Of a stretch of 64,000 nt of DNA, positions 1 to 12,253 are shown one piece after another. The notes beneath the pieces were generated by a model, which worked only from the letters and a program-made list of their open reading frames with translations, did not search any database and was not told the origin of the DNA. The stretch's first letter is position 1. Each line of letters opens with the position of its first letter. This stretch comes from Eledone cirrhosa (Eukaryota). The position numbers and the translations under genes are program-made. Location: contig OZ024744.1 of NCBI GenBank assembly GCA_964016885.1, positions 79,236,001 to 79,300,000 on the forward strand. The letters run 5' to 3'.

Positions 1-964
1 ATTATCGACCCCAATGCATTACTGGTACTTTATTTTATTGACCCTGTAAGGACAAAAAGCAAAGCAGCCCTCTGCGAGATTTGAAATGAGAACATAAGAA
101 GGTTGTAACTTAGCACTGCAAATAATTTTGCCTAATACTCTTAACCCTCTATTATTATATTTTCATGGCAAAGGCTTTATCTCACATAATATGTAATCTA
201 TGAGATTTTGATGATGTTATCATTTATTTTGAGAACATTACCTTAATGTCAGTATGTGTGGCTGGTTATGGCTGGTTTGAACAGAAAGAGGTGAGAGAAT
301 TTCTGGCCAGATATGGTTGGTTTAAATACTAAAGGGTTAATGGGTGGTTTTGTTTTTTAGAATCAGAACAGTTTTTGGTGGGTTGATTTGAAAAGAGTTA
401 AAATAGCATTAAATTTATGCCTTGAATTTGTATGTTGAATTGCTGGACTCTTTCGTTTAGTATCTTATTTTAAAAAGCATATGCAGTTTGCTGCGACATT
501 TAATTTTGAAACATGCCATTTCCACACCTCTTGTGTTGATTAATATTACTACTACTACTACTACTGCTGCTGCCACCACTACCACCACCTCTTTAAACTC
601 TCTTTAATATTTTTGTTGTTTAATCCTTTCATTAACATATTTTTAATGAAAAACTCTGCCTATGGTACCTACATTTCTGATATAGTTACTATAAAAATAT
701 GTAGACTACATAAACACTGTTACATATATGTTGACAGTGTAAAGTACCTACACTTCTAATATAGTTACTATAATAACATGTAGACTACATTAACATTGTA
801 ACTAGTGTAGTGTTGGAAGTAAATAAATCTTATGATTTATCAGGGCATTTGGATGATTTGTAATTAGAAATGTTGAAATCCGAACACAAATTCTCTACAA
901 TGATAATAGTGATAGAAAATTGAATAAAATTCCCTTAAGGGCAGAAAATGTGTGGCCAGCAGCC

Positions 965-1335
965 ACTTCTTCTTCTTGTGCCACCACTGTATCAATGTTT
1001 GACAAACCATGAGATTCCATGCTGTTCAATCTCGGGCGAGCTCCCATAATTCTGCGGCTTTGATGTTGAAATTGTCAAAAAAGGACCTCCATTGAAGATC
1101 TCTGGCACGCTTCCTTCCCAGGAATATCTCCGCTAATGGAAAGGTCTTCCAGCATGCCTTTCCTGATGACATGTCCTAGGAACATTAGTTGTCTCTTTTT
1201 AATAGTGAGCAGTATCTCACGTTCCATCCACACTCTCTTCAAAATCTCTTCATTATTTATTTGCTTGACGTAGGATATCCTGAGTATTCTGCGATAGAAA
1301 TACATCCCGGTAGACTGGAGGTATCTTCATGTCTG
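965..1335 (-). mobile_element. RTE-clade LINE 3' fragment
   Basis: FYRRILRISYVKQINNEEIL...IKKRQLMFLGHVIRK is the typical RTE ORF2 C-terminus; (GAA)n-type tail at ~965. Confidence 0.8.
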
Positions 1336-1531
1336 ATTCATGAAAGTTCACAGAAGCGTTGACCACCCACTACAGGGAATCAAACTCTGTATTTCTTGAA
1401 TTCTGGTCGGGTAATTTAACCTTTACACCAAATGGCAGCTGACAGCAGTATTTGATGTGGTATATGTTGTGATGTATGGTTTAACATATACAGTGGTTTT
1501 TATATTTTTATTTTTATATTTATATTTACAG

Positions 1532-1613
1532 ATCAAATTGCCATTCTTGAATGAAACTTTGTCAGCTTTAAAATGTGTCCAGATTGCTGGAGGATCAAAG
1601 AGTTTATTTTGTG
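1532..1613 (+). CDS. HERC2: HERC2 exon (window exon 1), RLD2: IKLPFLNETLSALKCVQIAGGSKSLFC
   Basis: tttacag|ATC ... GTG|gtaagt; 82 nt, phase 0 to 1. Confidence 0.93.
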
Positions 1614-1691
1614 GTAAGTTTTTTGTTTGTTTGTTTGTTTTTTACAATATTGCTGTCTAAATTATTGGTATGCATTATTAATTTTCAATAG

Positions 1692-2050
1692 GAAGGACAT
1701 CCAGTCGTAGAAAGCTTGCCAAAAAAAGGGTTGAGAGGACCCTTCAGTCATGTCAAAAACATGGCGGCCTCCCTAGTGTTGGTGATCTATACAATAAAAG
1801 CACCTTGTATACGCAGTAAAGTGGTTGGTGATAAGAAGGGCATCCAGTCATAGAAAGCTTGCCAAAAAAAGGGTTGAGAGGACCCTTTAGTCATGTCAAA
1901 AACATGATGGGCTCCCTAGTATTGGTGATCTACATGATAAAAACGTATTGTATACGCAGTAAAGTGGTTGGTGATAAGAAGGGAATCCAGTCATAGAAAG
2001 CTTGCCAAACATAAGGTTGACAGGACCCTTCAATCATGTCAAAAACTTGG
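1692..2050. repeat. 143-bp tandem repeat (2.5 units) derived from a LINE 3'UTR; related array at ~62940-63600
   Basis: GAAGG unit starts at 1692, 1835 and 1978; shares GGTTGGTG.TA.GAAGGGCATCCAG with the RTE-X 3'UTR. Confidence 0.8.
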
Positions 2051-2889
2051 CAACCTCTCCTGTGCGCTTGGTAGAACGTGAGGCCATACGTAAGAGAGAT
2101 CAGTAGCCTTGCTTCAGTGTTGACTTGGTCTATGTAGACTTGTCCAACACTTGTTAGTAGGGAAAGCGAACATCATCATTTAACGTCCATTTTTCCATGC
2201 TAGCATGGGTTAGACAGTTTGTCCCGTTTGAGGCATGTTGGGTCAGGGGACCATGTCTTGCTCACACAAAACTGTTTCTGGCTTGGTTTCTACAACTGGA
2301 TGCCCTTCCTATTGCCAACCACATTTACAGTGTGTGCTGGGTGCTTTTTGTCGTGACACTTACACAACTACTTCACAGTGTGTGCTGGGTGCTTTTTGTC
2401 CTGACACTTACACGACTGCTTTGCAGTGTGGACTGGGTGATTTTTGTTGTGACACCTACACAACTACTTCACAGTGTAGACTGGGTGATTTTTGTTGTGA
2501 CACCTACACGACCACTTTACAGTGTGGACTGGACAGGAATTATATATTTAAATATTGTGGAGCTCTTGACTACAACCCAGTCACACCCCCTACTTATTAT
2601 ACCACTGATTGTGTAACCTATTTACAGCTAGGTGGACTGAGCTGTTGTTAAAAGATAATTGTTTTGGTATTGGATACATTTTCAATGCCAATAATAGAAC
2701 ATAAAGTGCTGACCTCTCTACTGTTTGTTTTCTACTCTTTCAAATCAACACTAGTTTCTAGACTTTTCTAATCTAAGAGATTATAGGCTTTTTACATTTC
2801 CTTATTTTACATTCTATTCTTTCTTTTCAATCTAATTTTTTTCTTTTTCTACTATTAAATTACCTTTGTTAATTTTCTTTCAATTTCAG

Positions 2890-3033
2890 TTACTCAAGAA
2901 GGAAAAGTCTATGTATGTGGCGAAGCTACCAATGGACGTCTTGGACTGGGAGTCACATGTGGCAGCATTTCTACACCAACTCTCGTTGGAGCACTCAGCC
3001 AGTATGTCATCAAAAAGGTTGCTGTTCATTCAG
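2890..3033 (+). CDS. HERC2: HERC2 exon 2, RLD2: [21 protein letters not shown]...[10 protein letters not shown]
   Basis: tttcag|TT ... CAG|gttagt; 144 nt, phase 1 to 1; the correct frame is not the one shown in the ORF track. Confidence 0.95.
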
Positions 3034-3647
3034 GTTAGTTTCCTGCTCACTAAAGTTTTAATCCTGGGATATTTAAATAAATACAATTTTGTTTCATTTT
3101 GTGTTAACACTTAAAAAGAAAAAAAAAGGTTCTCTCTACCGATACTGCCCATCTCCCGCCCCTTATATAATAATAGTTTCTGATTTAGGCACAAACCCTT
3201 GTCCCTAAATCAGAAACCATTATTATTATTATTATAAGGAGGATAGATTGGCGAAATTGGTAGAATAGTGGATAAAATGTTATTGCAATGTTTGTTCTGG
3301 CTCTTTATGTTCTGTGTTTCTGTGTTTCATCTTTCCGGGGTCGATAAAATAAAATACCAGTAAAGTACTGGAGTTCATTTAATCGACTTTGCCCTTCCCT
3401 GAAATTTGTTGGCTTTGTGCCTAAATTAGAAATAATAATAATAATTATTATTATTTTGAAGGGCGGTTGATTGACAGTATCGGTAGAGGGTCAGACGCCA
3501 TGCTTTGCAGCATAGAGTTACGGCCCTTTATGATCTGAGTTCAAATCCCACCGAGGTTAACTTTGCCTTTCGTCTTTACGGGGTCGATAAAATAAAGTAC
3601 CAGTAATGCACTGGGATAATTGCTGGCCTTGTGCCAAAAGTAGAAAC

Positions 3648-3678
<31 letters not shown>

Positions 3679-4989
3679 AGTTATCATGTGGAGGCATGTG
3701 GCCTAGTGGCTAAGGTGTTGGTTTTGTGATTATAATGTTGTGAGTTTGACTCCTAGATTAGGTGGCACATTGTGTTCTTAAGCAAGACACTTCATTTCAC
3801 ATTGCTCCTGTGCACTCAGCTAAAAATGAATACCAGTAGAAGCTGGGAGTTAAACCCTGGGATTGACTGGTGTCCTGTCCAGGGGGAAGTCATGTACTTT
3901 TAGTCCCTTAAGGCCCAAGAAAAATGAAACCAGGTATAAGCATTGACCCTAGAGTCTGATGGCTTGGGATAGACTAACTTTTTTATATATAAGTTATCAG
4001 AATATATTTAAACTTTTAGTTTTGAGCTTGCATATTTTAATCTTTTTTTTGTAATTTGAACCTATTTGGCCTGATCTAGTCTCAGCCACTCGACGTGGTC
4101 AGCAACACACACACACTCACATTCATATACACATGCTTACACTCACAAACACACTCAGACATGTGTATACACATACACACTTGCATACACAGTCAGACAC
4201 ATGCACACACACACCTGTATACACACGCACTCAAATTCATATACATATGCTCACACTCCCATACACACTCAAACATATGTATGAGTATATAAATATAAAT
4301 GTGCCAATAGTTACACTTACAAAATACACACTCACACACATACATTCACACAAACACACACATACATACATTTACACAAACACACACTGCATAGCGAATG
4401 GAACACCAGCTGCTGTTTTTCTATAGTTTTTTCACCATTCCCTTCCTTCCTTTTATACACACACATTCACACAAACACACATTGTGTGACGGATGGATGG
4501 ACGAAAATCATTCAAATTTATATATAGATACCTTTCGCTAACATCATCATCATCATTGTTGTTTTAACGTCCATTTTCCCTGCTAGCAAGGGTTGGATGG
4601 GTCTATATAGACCAGGTCAGTACTGAAGCAGTGGCTACTGATCTCCCAGACAAACCAGGGATCTGTTGCCTTCCTTATGTATAGTCTCACGTGCTACCGA
4701 GTACACAAGAGAAGTTGTCATGTTTTTGACACAACTGAGGGTCCTCACAACCCTTTGTTTGGCAGCCTTTCTATGGCTGGATGCCCTTCCTACCACCAAC
4801 CACTTTACAGCATATACTGGGTGCATTTATTGTGTAGGTCACCTTTATTAAGGATATTTATATTTCATTTTCATTACTTATATTGGTACCCATAGTAATT
4901 AGAAGTTTCATTTTTATCTTTTATATTTACCATTTACTTCTTTTTGTTTCCTTTATTTTTTTTATTATGATTTTTTTTTTTATCAACAG

Positions 4990-5080
4990 GTGGGCGACAT
5001 GCCTTAGCCCTAACTGTTGATGGCAAAGTATTTTCTTGGGGTGAAGGAGACGATGGAAAACTTGGACATGGAAACAGATC
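4990..5080 (+). CDS. HERC2: HERC2 exon 3, RLD2: [29 protein letters not shown]
   Basis: caacag|GT ... ATC|gtaagt; 91 nt, phase 1 to 2. Confidence 0.95.
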
Positions 5081-5987
5081 GTAAGTTTAATTATATCAAC
5101 TAATTCACCAATAGAGTTTATTATACATTATTATATAAGTATATTAGTTATATTGTTTAATTATTGATTCTTCATTATCATCATCACCAACATTGTTTAA
5201 CCCTTTAACATTTATATTGCTCTACATTTACAATTGTATTTTCATGGTAAACACTTTACCTCACTAATTATCTCACATAATATTGAATCTATAAGATTTT
5301 GATATTACTTATTTTGAGAATAATACCTTAACATTAGTATGAGGGGCCAGTTGCAGCCAGTTTGTACAGAAAGAGGCGAGAGAATTCTTGCCAGATATGG
5401 CTGGTTTAAATGCTAAAAGGTTAATGTCTATTTTCCATGCTTGTACAGATTAGACAGATTATCACATACTGAGGTTTGACTGGTCAGATGACTAACACAA
5501 GACTAACCATTTTAGGCTTGGTTCTTATGCTGGATATCCCTTCTAATGCTAATGGAGCTTTTTATCACGACTCTGATACTATCATCTTAGTGGCTCTACC
5601 ATCTTAGAGGTGGATCAGGGCTGGGCAGATTAATTGTAATGGTTAGAAATTAGAAATGTTGAAATCCAAACACAGATTCAATGCAATGATAAAAGTGTGA
5701 GAAAATCAGGTAAAATATCCTTAGAGACAAAAAATAAGTGACTGACCATTTATATTCTGTCTCTAAGGGTATTTTATCTGATTTTATAAAGCTTAACATC
5801 TGACAACATGGTTTGCAGCATAGAGTTGCAGTCCTTTACATTCTGAGTTCTAATCCCATCAAGGTTAACTTTGTCTTTCATCCTTATGGGGTCATTAAAA
5901 TAAAGCACCAGTAATACACTGGGGACAATTTAATAAACTCAACGATTTAATTAATCTCAAAATTCCATTGTTATTTCTATTTTTAAG

Positions 5988-6165
5988 ACGCTGCATCAGA
6001 CTTCGGCTTGTGCTGGCTTTAAAGTCGAAACGTGTACGAGATATTGCTTGTGGCAGTTCCCACAGTGCAGCAATTATCTCCAATGGAGACCTTTACACCT
6101 GGGGTCTTGGGGAATATGGCAGACTAGGACATGGAGATTCAACCACTCAACTGAAACCCAAACAG
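5988..6165 (+). CDS. HERC2: HERC2 exon 4, RLD2: [29 protein letters not shown]...TTQLKPKQ
   Basis: ttttaag|A ... CAG|gttagt; 178 nt, phase 2 to 0; RCC1 repeat. Confidence 0.93.
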
Positions 6166-7869
6166 GTTAGTTGTTCTTATAACTCTTCTTCTTCTTCACC
6201 CACTTATTCCTGAGAGGGTCAGAGAGGCAGAGTCTTCAAACACCCCTTTCAACAGGTCCTGTCAGAAGCAACTGCTCCGGCAGGATCCCAAGCGAGACCA
6301 GCCAAGCTTAAGGATGTTATCCAATCTCCAACCATCTTACTCGAGGTCTACCTCTGCTTGGTTTTGCCCATAAAATCTGTCCAGTGATTCTTTCCTGAGA
6401 CCTTCTAGCCACATGCCCATAGTATCGGAGCTGTGATCTCTCAAATCAAAGTAGCAGCAGCTCTTCCTGGAATGACTCTCTGATCTCCAAGCTAAACATT
6501 CTATTGAGTAATGTTATTCCAAAGAAGACCCTTCGGAGGGACCCCCATTTTGGCCACTTGTATTCGCGATCGTATTTTTGTAATGTATATTTAAAATTGT
6601 TGTATGCTGAAAGAGTCACTTATTAGGATTGTCGATGAGAAAAATCAATAAAACAGCAAACAAAATGATTTGTGGTATTTAGTTACATCCCTTGCCTTTT
6701 TTTTAAAAGTTAATATGTTGCCAAGGTTAGTTCTCCCATTCGTTCTTCTGGGGTCGATAAAATTAAGCACCAGTCAAAAACTGGGGTTGATATTATTGAC
6801 TGTTCAGTCTTCACTCAGGCAACACAATATTTTTGAAGAGATTGAATAGAAGAGTGAGAGGGGTAGGGAGAAATTTCAGAAGGTCTTAGGTAAATGGGTG
6901 AGGGGTGTGAGAGTATGATGGGAGAAATGCTGAATAGGAGAGAGTGGGGTGACAGAGGAGAAACAGTGTTGGATGGAATAATAGAAGAGAGACAGTAATA
7001 GGAGAAGAGAATGACAGTATGATTGGAGAGGCAGTGTTGAGGTGGAGAAAGTACTGGAAGGAATAATGGTAGCTACATGTTTGCTGGCAAAAGAGAGAGA
7101 GAAAGAGAGAGCAAGTGATAGCATGGTGATAGAAAGTGGTGGATGTATAATGTTAGTGTGTATGAACAATGGAAACACAAATGTATAAGAGGAATCAGAT
7201 GTAGTGTGTGGTATAGGCATGTGATGTTAACACACTTCTAACCACTGATTTCAGTCCTTTGAGGTAATTTTTAGTTGACACTATCATTTTTAGTTGACGC
7301 GTCATTTTGCTGTTTTAAAAGCTATTCTTGTGTTAAGTTTTTCTCATTATTCTATGAATTTTAATACACTCGCACTCCATCTTGGTCTTCAAGACAACAT
7401 TGTTTATATATATATATTAATTCGAGTATGTGTTAATTAATCACCGACACTTCAGTATGCAGGGTAGAGCTCTCGACGAAGTGTGCAGGTGGGTCTGTTT
7501 ATTCCGGAGTATATTTATAAACATGAAGTATAAGTCAACAGTTTAAAATTAACTTTGTTTATTCATAGTCGCTGTTGATACAACAGAAGTAAACTTTATT
7601 TCATCTTTATTTTTTTCTGTTTGTTTCTGTTCAAATTCTAGCTGTCTGATGAGGTCATAGTTGTTGCATAATGGTTATCACCAAAAGATTTATAACAGCG
7701 ACTATGAATAAACAAAGTTAATTTTAACCTGTTGGCTTATACTTCTTGTTTATATATATATATATTACTTCAAATCATTAATAACTTCAGAAAACCTAGC
7801 TGTTGAGTGCTTCTAATCTATTGTAAAACTATATTCATTGATTAATCAATGAACCTTGTTAAACTTTTG

Positions 7870-7906
<37 letters not shown>

Positions 7907-8511
7907 CACGGAAGCTCCGTAAGCCGTAGTGTAGGGTGTAGGCAACCTATTTAGGAGAGCTACCACTCCAAATGAATTGGTGCGGGGTAAAGAAGTCCCC
8001 TAAGTCGAGTAAGAAAACTTCCCTAGTGCTGGTGGCATGAATAAAAGCATGATGATGATATATATATATATGGAGGCACATGGATTAGTGGTAAGAGCAT
8101 TGGCCTTGCAATCAAAAGGTTGTGAGTTCAATTCTCAGACTGGGTGATGTGTTGTTTCCTTGAGCAAGACACTTTATTTCACATTGCTCCAGTTTACTCA
8201 GCTGTAGAAATGAGATGATAGGGACTGGGGTTCCTATCATTCCGCTGCAAAGTGGTCGTGGAGGTGACACGACAAAAAAGCACCCAGCACTCACTGTAAA
8301 TGATGTTGGTGTTAGGAAGGGCATCCAGCTGTAGAAACCAAGCCAGAATCAGGTCCCGTCCCACCCTTGCAAGCAGGGAAGAGTGGACGTAAAATGATGA
8401 TGGTGATGATATATATATATTCTCTAATCAAAAAAATTATTCACTTATTTATTTTCCTGAAATGTAATCTCTCTCCAAGTATATCTTCAATTATTTTCTT
8501 TCTGCTTCTAG

Positions 8512-8765
8512 GTTATGGCTCTTGCAGGCCAAAGAGTTAAGCAAGTTGCCTGTGGAAGTCGTGATGCCCAAACGCTTGCGCTGACAGACGAAGGACTAGT
8601 TTATTCTTGGGGAGATGGAGATTTTGGTAAATTAGGCCGAGGTGGAAGTGAAGGCTGTAACGTTCCACATGTCATTGACCGGCTAACAAATCTCAACGTT
8701 TGTCAAATTGAATGTGGAGCTCAGTTTTCTCTGGCTCTTACAAAATCTGGCGGAGTTTGGACATG
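8512..8765 (+). CDS. HERC2: HERC2 exon 5, RLD2: [22 protein letters not shown]...LTKSGGVWT(W)
   Basis: ttctag|GTT ... ATG|gtaatt; 254 nt, phase 0 to 2. Confidence 0.96.
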
Positions 8766-8885
8766 GTAATTACTTCTTCTTTTATTCTTTTGCTGATTTT
8801 AGTCATTGGACTCTGATTCTTATTTTATTGAGTTTTTTTTTTTTTTTTTTTGTGTGTTACATTTAAACATGGAGTGGAGTGGGGG

Positions 8886-8938
<53 letters not shown>

Positions 8939-9623
8939 AAAGATCAGATAATGAATGTTTGAATCAGTTTTGAATAAAACTGAAAAGTATATCATGTATC
9001 GAAGATCTGTGGCAAAGGTTCTAGGGGCGTGGTAGGGCCCTAAGGGGGCAGTGTGTGTTGGGTAGAGATGATATAATAGTATAATATCAAATAATACATA
9101 TTATATATAAATATAGTAAAATAAAATATATATAATATTTATTTTTACATAGTATATATTATATTATTTATTATATTTAAATTAACGATTTTATTTATTA
9201 TATATTATTTACAATTTGTGTGTAGGCAGGTCTCTCTGGAAATAGGGTTGTGAGTTCAATTCTCAGACTGGGTGATGCGATATGTCCTTGAGCAAGACAC
9301 TATTTCATGTTGCTCCTTCTGCCAGGAGTTGCAACTGGTAGATAGTATCATCAATGGAAAGAGCAATGGAAACATTGTTTCCTCGGTCCAAATTCGGCAA
9401 GCAAATGAGGTCTGGGATCTTATCAATCGATCAGAGGGAGAGAACTTTGTGAGTCCCATGACAGACTTCATACTGATCATAAGGTCCTATTTTTTTGGTG
9501 TTTTACGACCAGTTTCCCTTGTGATGTCAACCCTTTCAGTCACCTCTTACGACATGCAGTCTAATTGATAAAACCTACTGTTTCAGCTTTGCGAACTAAG
9601 TTTTTGTATTTCCTTTTTTCCAG

Positions 9624-9768
9624 GGGCAAAGGAGACTACTTCCGGTTGGGTCATGGAACAGACACTCACATTAGAAAACCTAAATGTGTTGAGGGACTGA
9701 AAGGGAAAAAGATTGTACATGTTGCTGTAGGGGCCTTACATTGTTTAGCAGTCACTGACACAGGACAG
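9624..9768 (+). CDS. HERC2: HERC2 exon 6, RLD2: [11 protein letters not shown]...[14 protein letters not shown]
   Basis: ttccag|G ... CAG|gtaagt; 145 nt, phase 2 to 0. Confidence 0.96.
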
Positions 9769-10440
9769 GTAAGTGAATATTTTCTAGGGAGTTCAAGTCA
9801 AGGATAAGGTATTATCTTTCAATTTGATGTAGACCAGATGTCTTAAACAGATGGCACACGGGCTGTATGTGGCCTGCAAACTGCTTTCCTATGGCCCATG
9901 GTAGAACAATTTTCGTGACTAATATTTTTCTAAAACTTAGTAATTAGTTCCTATTTCAATAATATTTATAGTACAAATCATTGCAACTTGCCCCTGAAAT
10001 ATAATAACATTATGGGGGAAAAGGAGGAAAAAGATAAGAGGGAATTTACCAAAAGTAAAAATGGAATTAAGGAAAATTGGAAATGGAAACTTTGTCCCCC
10101 TAAATGTTGTACTAATTTACATATCCCACTTACTATCATAGGTGTATTTATTTTGATGAGAAAATAAATAGATAGCAACCTATCAGCTGTATTGCAGATT
10201 AGCATTATAACTGGTAGAAATCATGCCCCTTCCTCTCTGTCTTTTCTACTTTTGGTTCACTGTACCTCTTCACCAGGACATATTGTTTCTTTTGAGTTAT
10301 TGAGTTTGAGACCCTTGATCTAGACCAGTGGTTCTCAACCTTTTTTGCCAATGGCACACCTTGGAACACATGAACAAATAGCGGCACACCTGGCTAAATA
10401 TATATGAAAAATATTTGAATTTTACAAAATAAAAACATGG

Positions 10441-11437
10441 CAAGTCATAGACGGCATACAACCGTAGACACAGACTAGTCATAGATGGCATACAACCGTA
10501 GACACAGACAAGTCATAGACGGCATACAACCATAGACACAGACTAGTCATAGACGGCATACAACTGTAGACACATACTAGTCATAGACGGCATACAACCG
10601 TAGACACAGACTAGTCATAGACGGCATACAACCGTAGACACAGACTAGTCATAGACGGCATACAACCGTAGACACAGACTAGTCATAGACGGCATACAAC
10701 CGTAGGCACAGACTAGTCATAGACGGCATACAATCGTAGGCACAGACTAGTCATAGACGGCATACAACCGTAGGCACAGACTAGTCATAGACGGCATACA
10801 ACCGTAGACACAGACTAGTCATAGACGGCATACAACCGTAGACACAGACAAGTCATAGACGGCATACAACCGTAGACACAGACTAGTCATAGACGGCATA
10901 CAACCGTAGACACAGACTAGTCATAGACGGCATACAACCGTAGACACAGACTAGTCATAGACGGCATACAACCGTAGACACAGACTAGTCATAGACAGCA
11001 TACAACCGTAGACACAGACAAGTCATAGATGGCATACAACCGTAGACACAGACAAGTCATAGACGGCATACAACCGTAGACACAGACTAGTCATAGACGG
11101 CATACAACCGTATACACAGACTAGTCATAGACGGCATACAACCGTAGACACAGACTAGTCATAGATGGCATACAACCGTAGACACAGACTAGTCATAGAC
11201 GGCATACAACCGTAGGCACAGACTAGTCATAGACGGCATACAACCGTAGGCACAGACTAGTCATAGACGGCATACAACCGTAGGCACAGACTAGTCATAG
11301 ACGGCATACAACCGTAGGCACAGATTAGTCATAGACGGCATACAACCGTAGACACAGACTAGTCATAGACGGCATACAACCGTAGACACAGACTAGTCAT
11401 AGATGGCATACAACCGTAGACAGAGACTAGTCATAGA
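10441..11437. repeat. 34-bp minisatellite, ~29 copies (CTAGTCATAGACGGCATACAACCGTAGACACAGA)
   Basis: Head-to-tail near-identical units with no spacers; lies inside the hAT element. Confidence 0.97.
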
Positions 11438-11536
11438 CCCATAGAATGACTCAAACTAAATAAAGAAAAACACAGCTATGAACTAACTTTATTGCAGTGT
11501 TTGGAATTTCATCAGTCAAATAGCTGGCTTCTTTAG

Positions 11537-12215
11537 TAAGAAATTTGTGCCTGGCTTTTATTCATAATTTCCTCAGTATTTGGTCAAATATGAGACAGAC
11601 ACACCCTTGTGTCTTCTTCCATTGTACGTAATTTCTCATGCTTCTTGTTGTTGATGTTGTTTAATGTTTTAAGAAGCCTAATTCACATATATAAGAAGTT
11701 GAAATTTGTAATAAAATTGCTAAAGCTCTTTTGCATAATATTTTACTCCTCCTGAATTTAAATCCAAAATGAATCAATGGGCAGAGTCGAATGTTTTAAT
11801 TTTAATCCTCGGTCACTAGAAAGGGTGGCTAATTCTTCTTCTTCCTGTAACTCAAGTTCAAATGTTGGAAGAATGATTTATGAAAGGATCTCTAATCCAA
11901 TCGTACTTTTCTGTCTTTAATGACGGAAAGTAATTGTTGATGCTTTCGTCCAGGGCTGTCAGATGATAACCACAATAGGGATCATTTCTCTAATGCAGTA
12001 GAACGCAATAAAGGGAACATATCAAGATTGCCAGTGATTGTTCTTTTTTTCCAAATCACAATTTTCTTTTTGAGGGCAACTAACTTGTCTGTTGAAGTGA
12101 GAATATTTTCCTTTTTACCTTGCACACTACTGTTTGTTTTATTTAGTTCACTAAATATTTCTGTTAGGTATTCCATTTTAGACATCAAAAATTCGCAACT
12201 AAGTTATTCACAGAA
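11537..12215 (-). pseudogene. C-terminal half of a hAT transposase (ZBED5/FAM200-like), with stops and frameshifts
   Basis: YLTEIFSELNKTNSSVQGK...WKKRTITGNLDMFP, then YDWIRDPF, LATLSSDRGLK, SFW and STSYICELGF (hAT dimerisation-domain-like). Confidence 0.85.
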
Positions 12216-12219
12216 ATGC

Positions 12220-12253
<34 letters not shown>

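Noticed and set aside
2197-2651. Cys-rich repetitive peptide (metallothionein/toxin-like)
   Set aside because: It is the antisense read of tandem units in the RTE-X 3'UTR, which recurs at ~30850-31080 and ~48000.
5988-6020. A-to-I recoding as the explanation for the divergent RCIRLRLVL motif
   Set aside because: A-to-G changes cannot convert ATC, CTT or CTG into Asp, Pro or Glu codons.
8050-8410. C/D-box snoRNA (many TGATGA motifs)
   Set aside because: The motifs come from (ATG)n retroposon tails, with no matching D box and terminal stem.
10441-11437. CRISPR-like array (34-bp repeats)
   Set aside because: Units are contiguous with no unique spacers, there are no cas genes, and the context is a eukaryotic intron.
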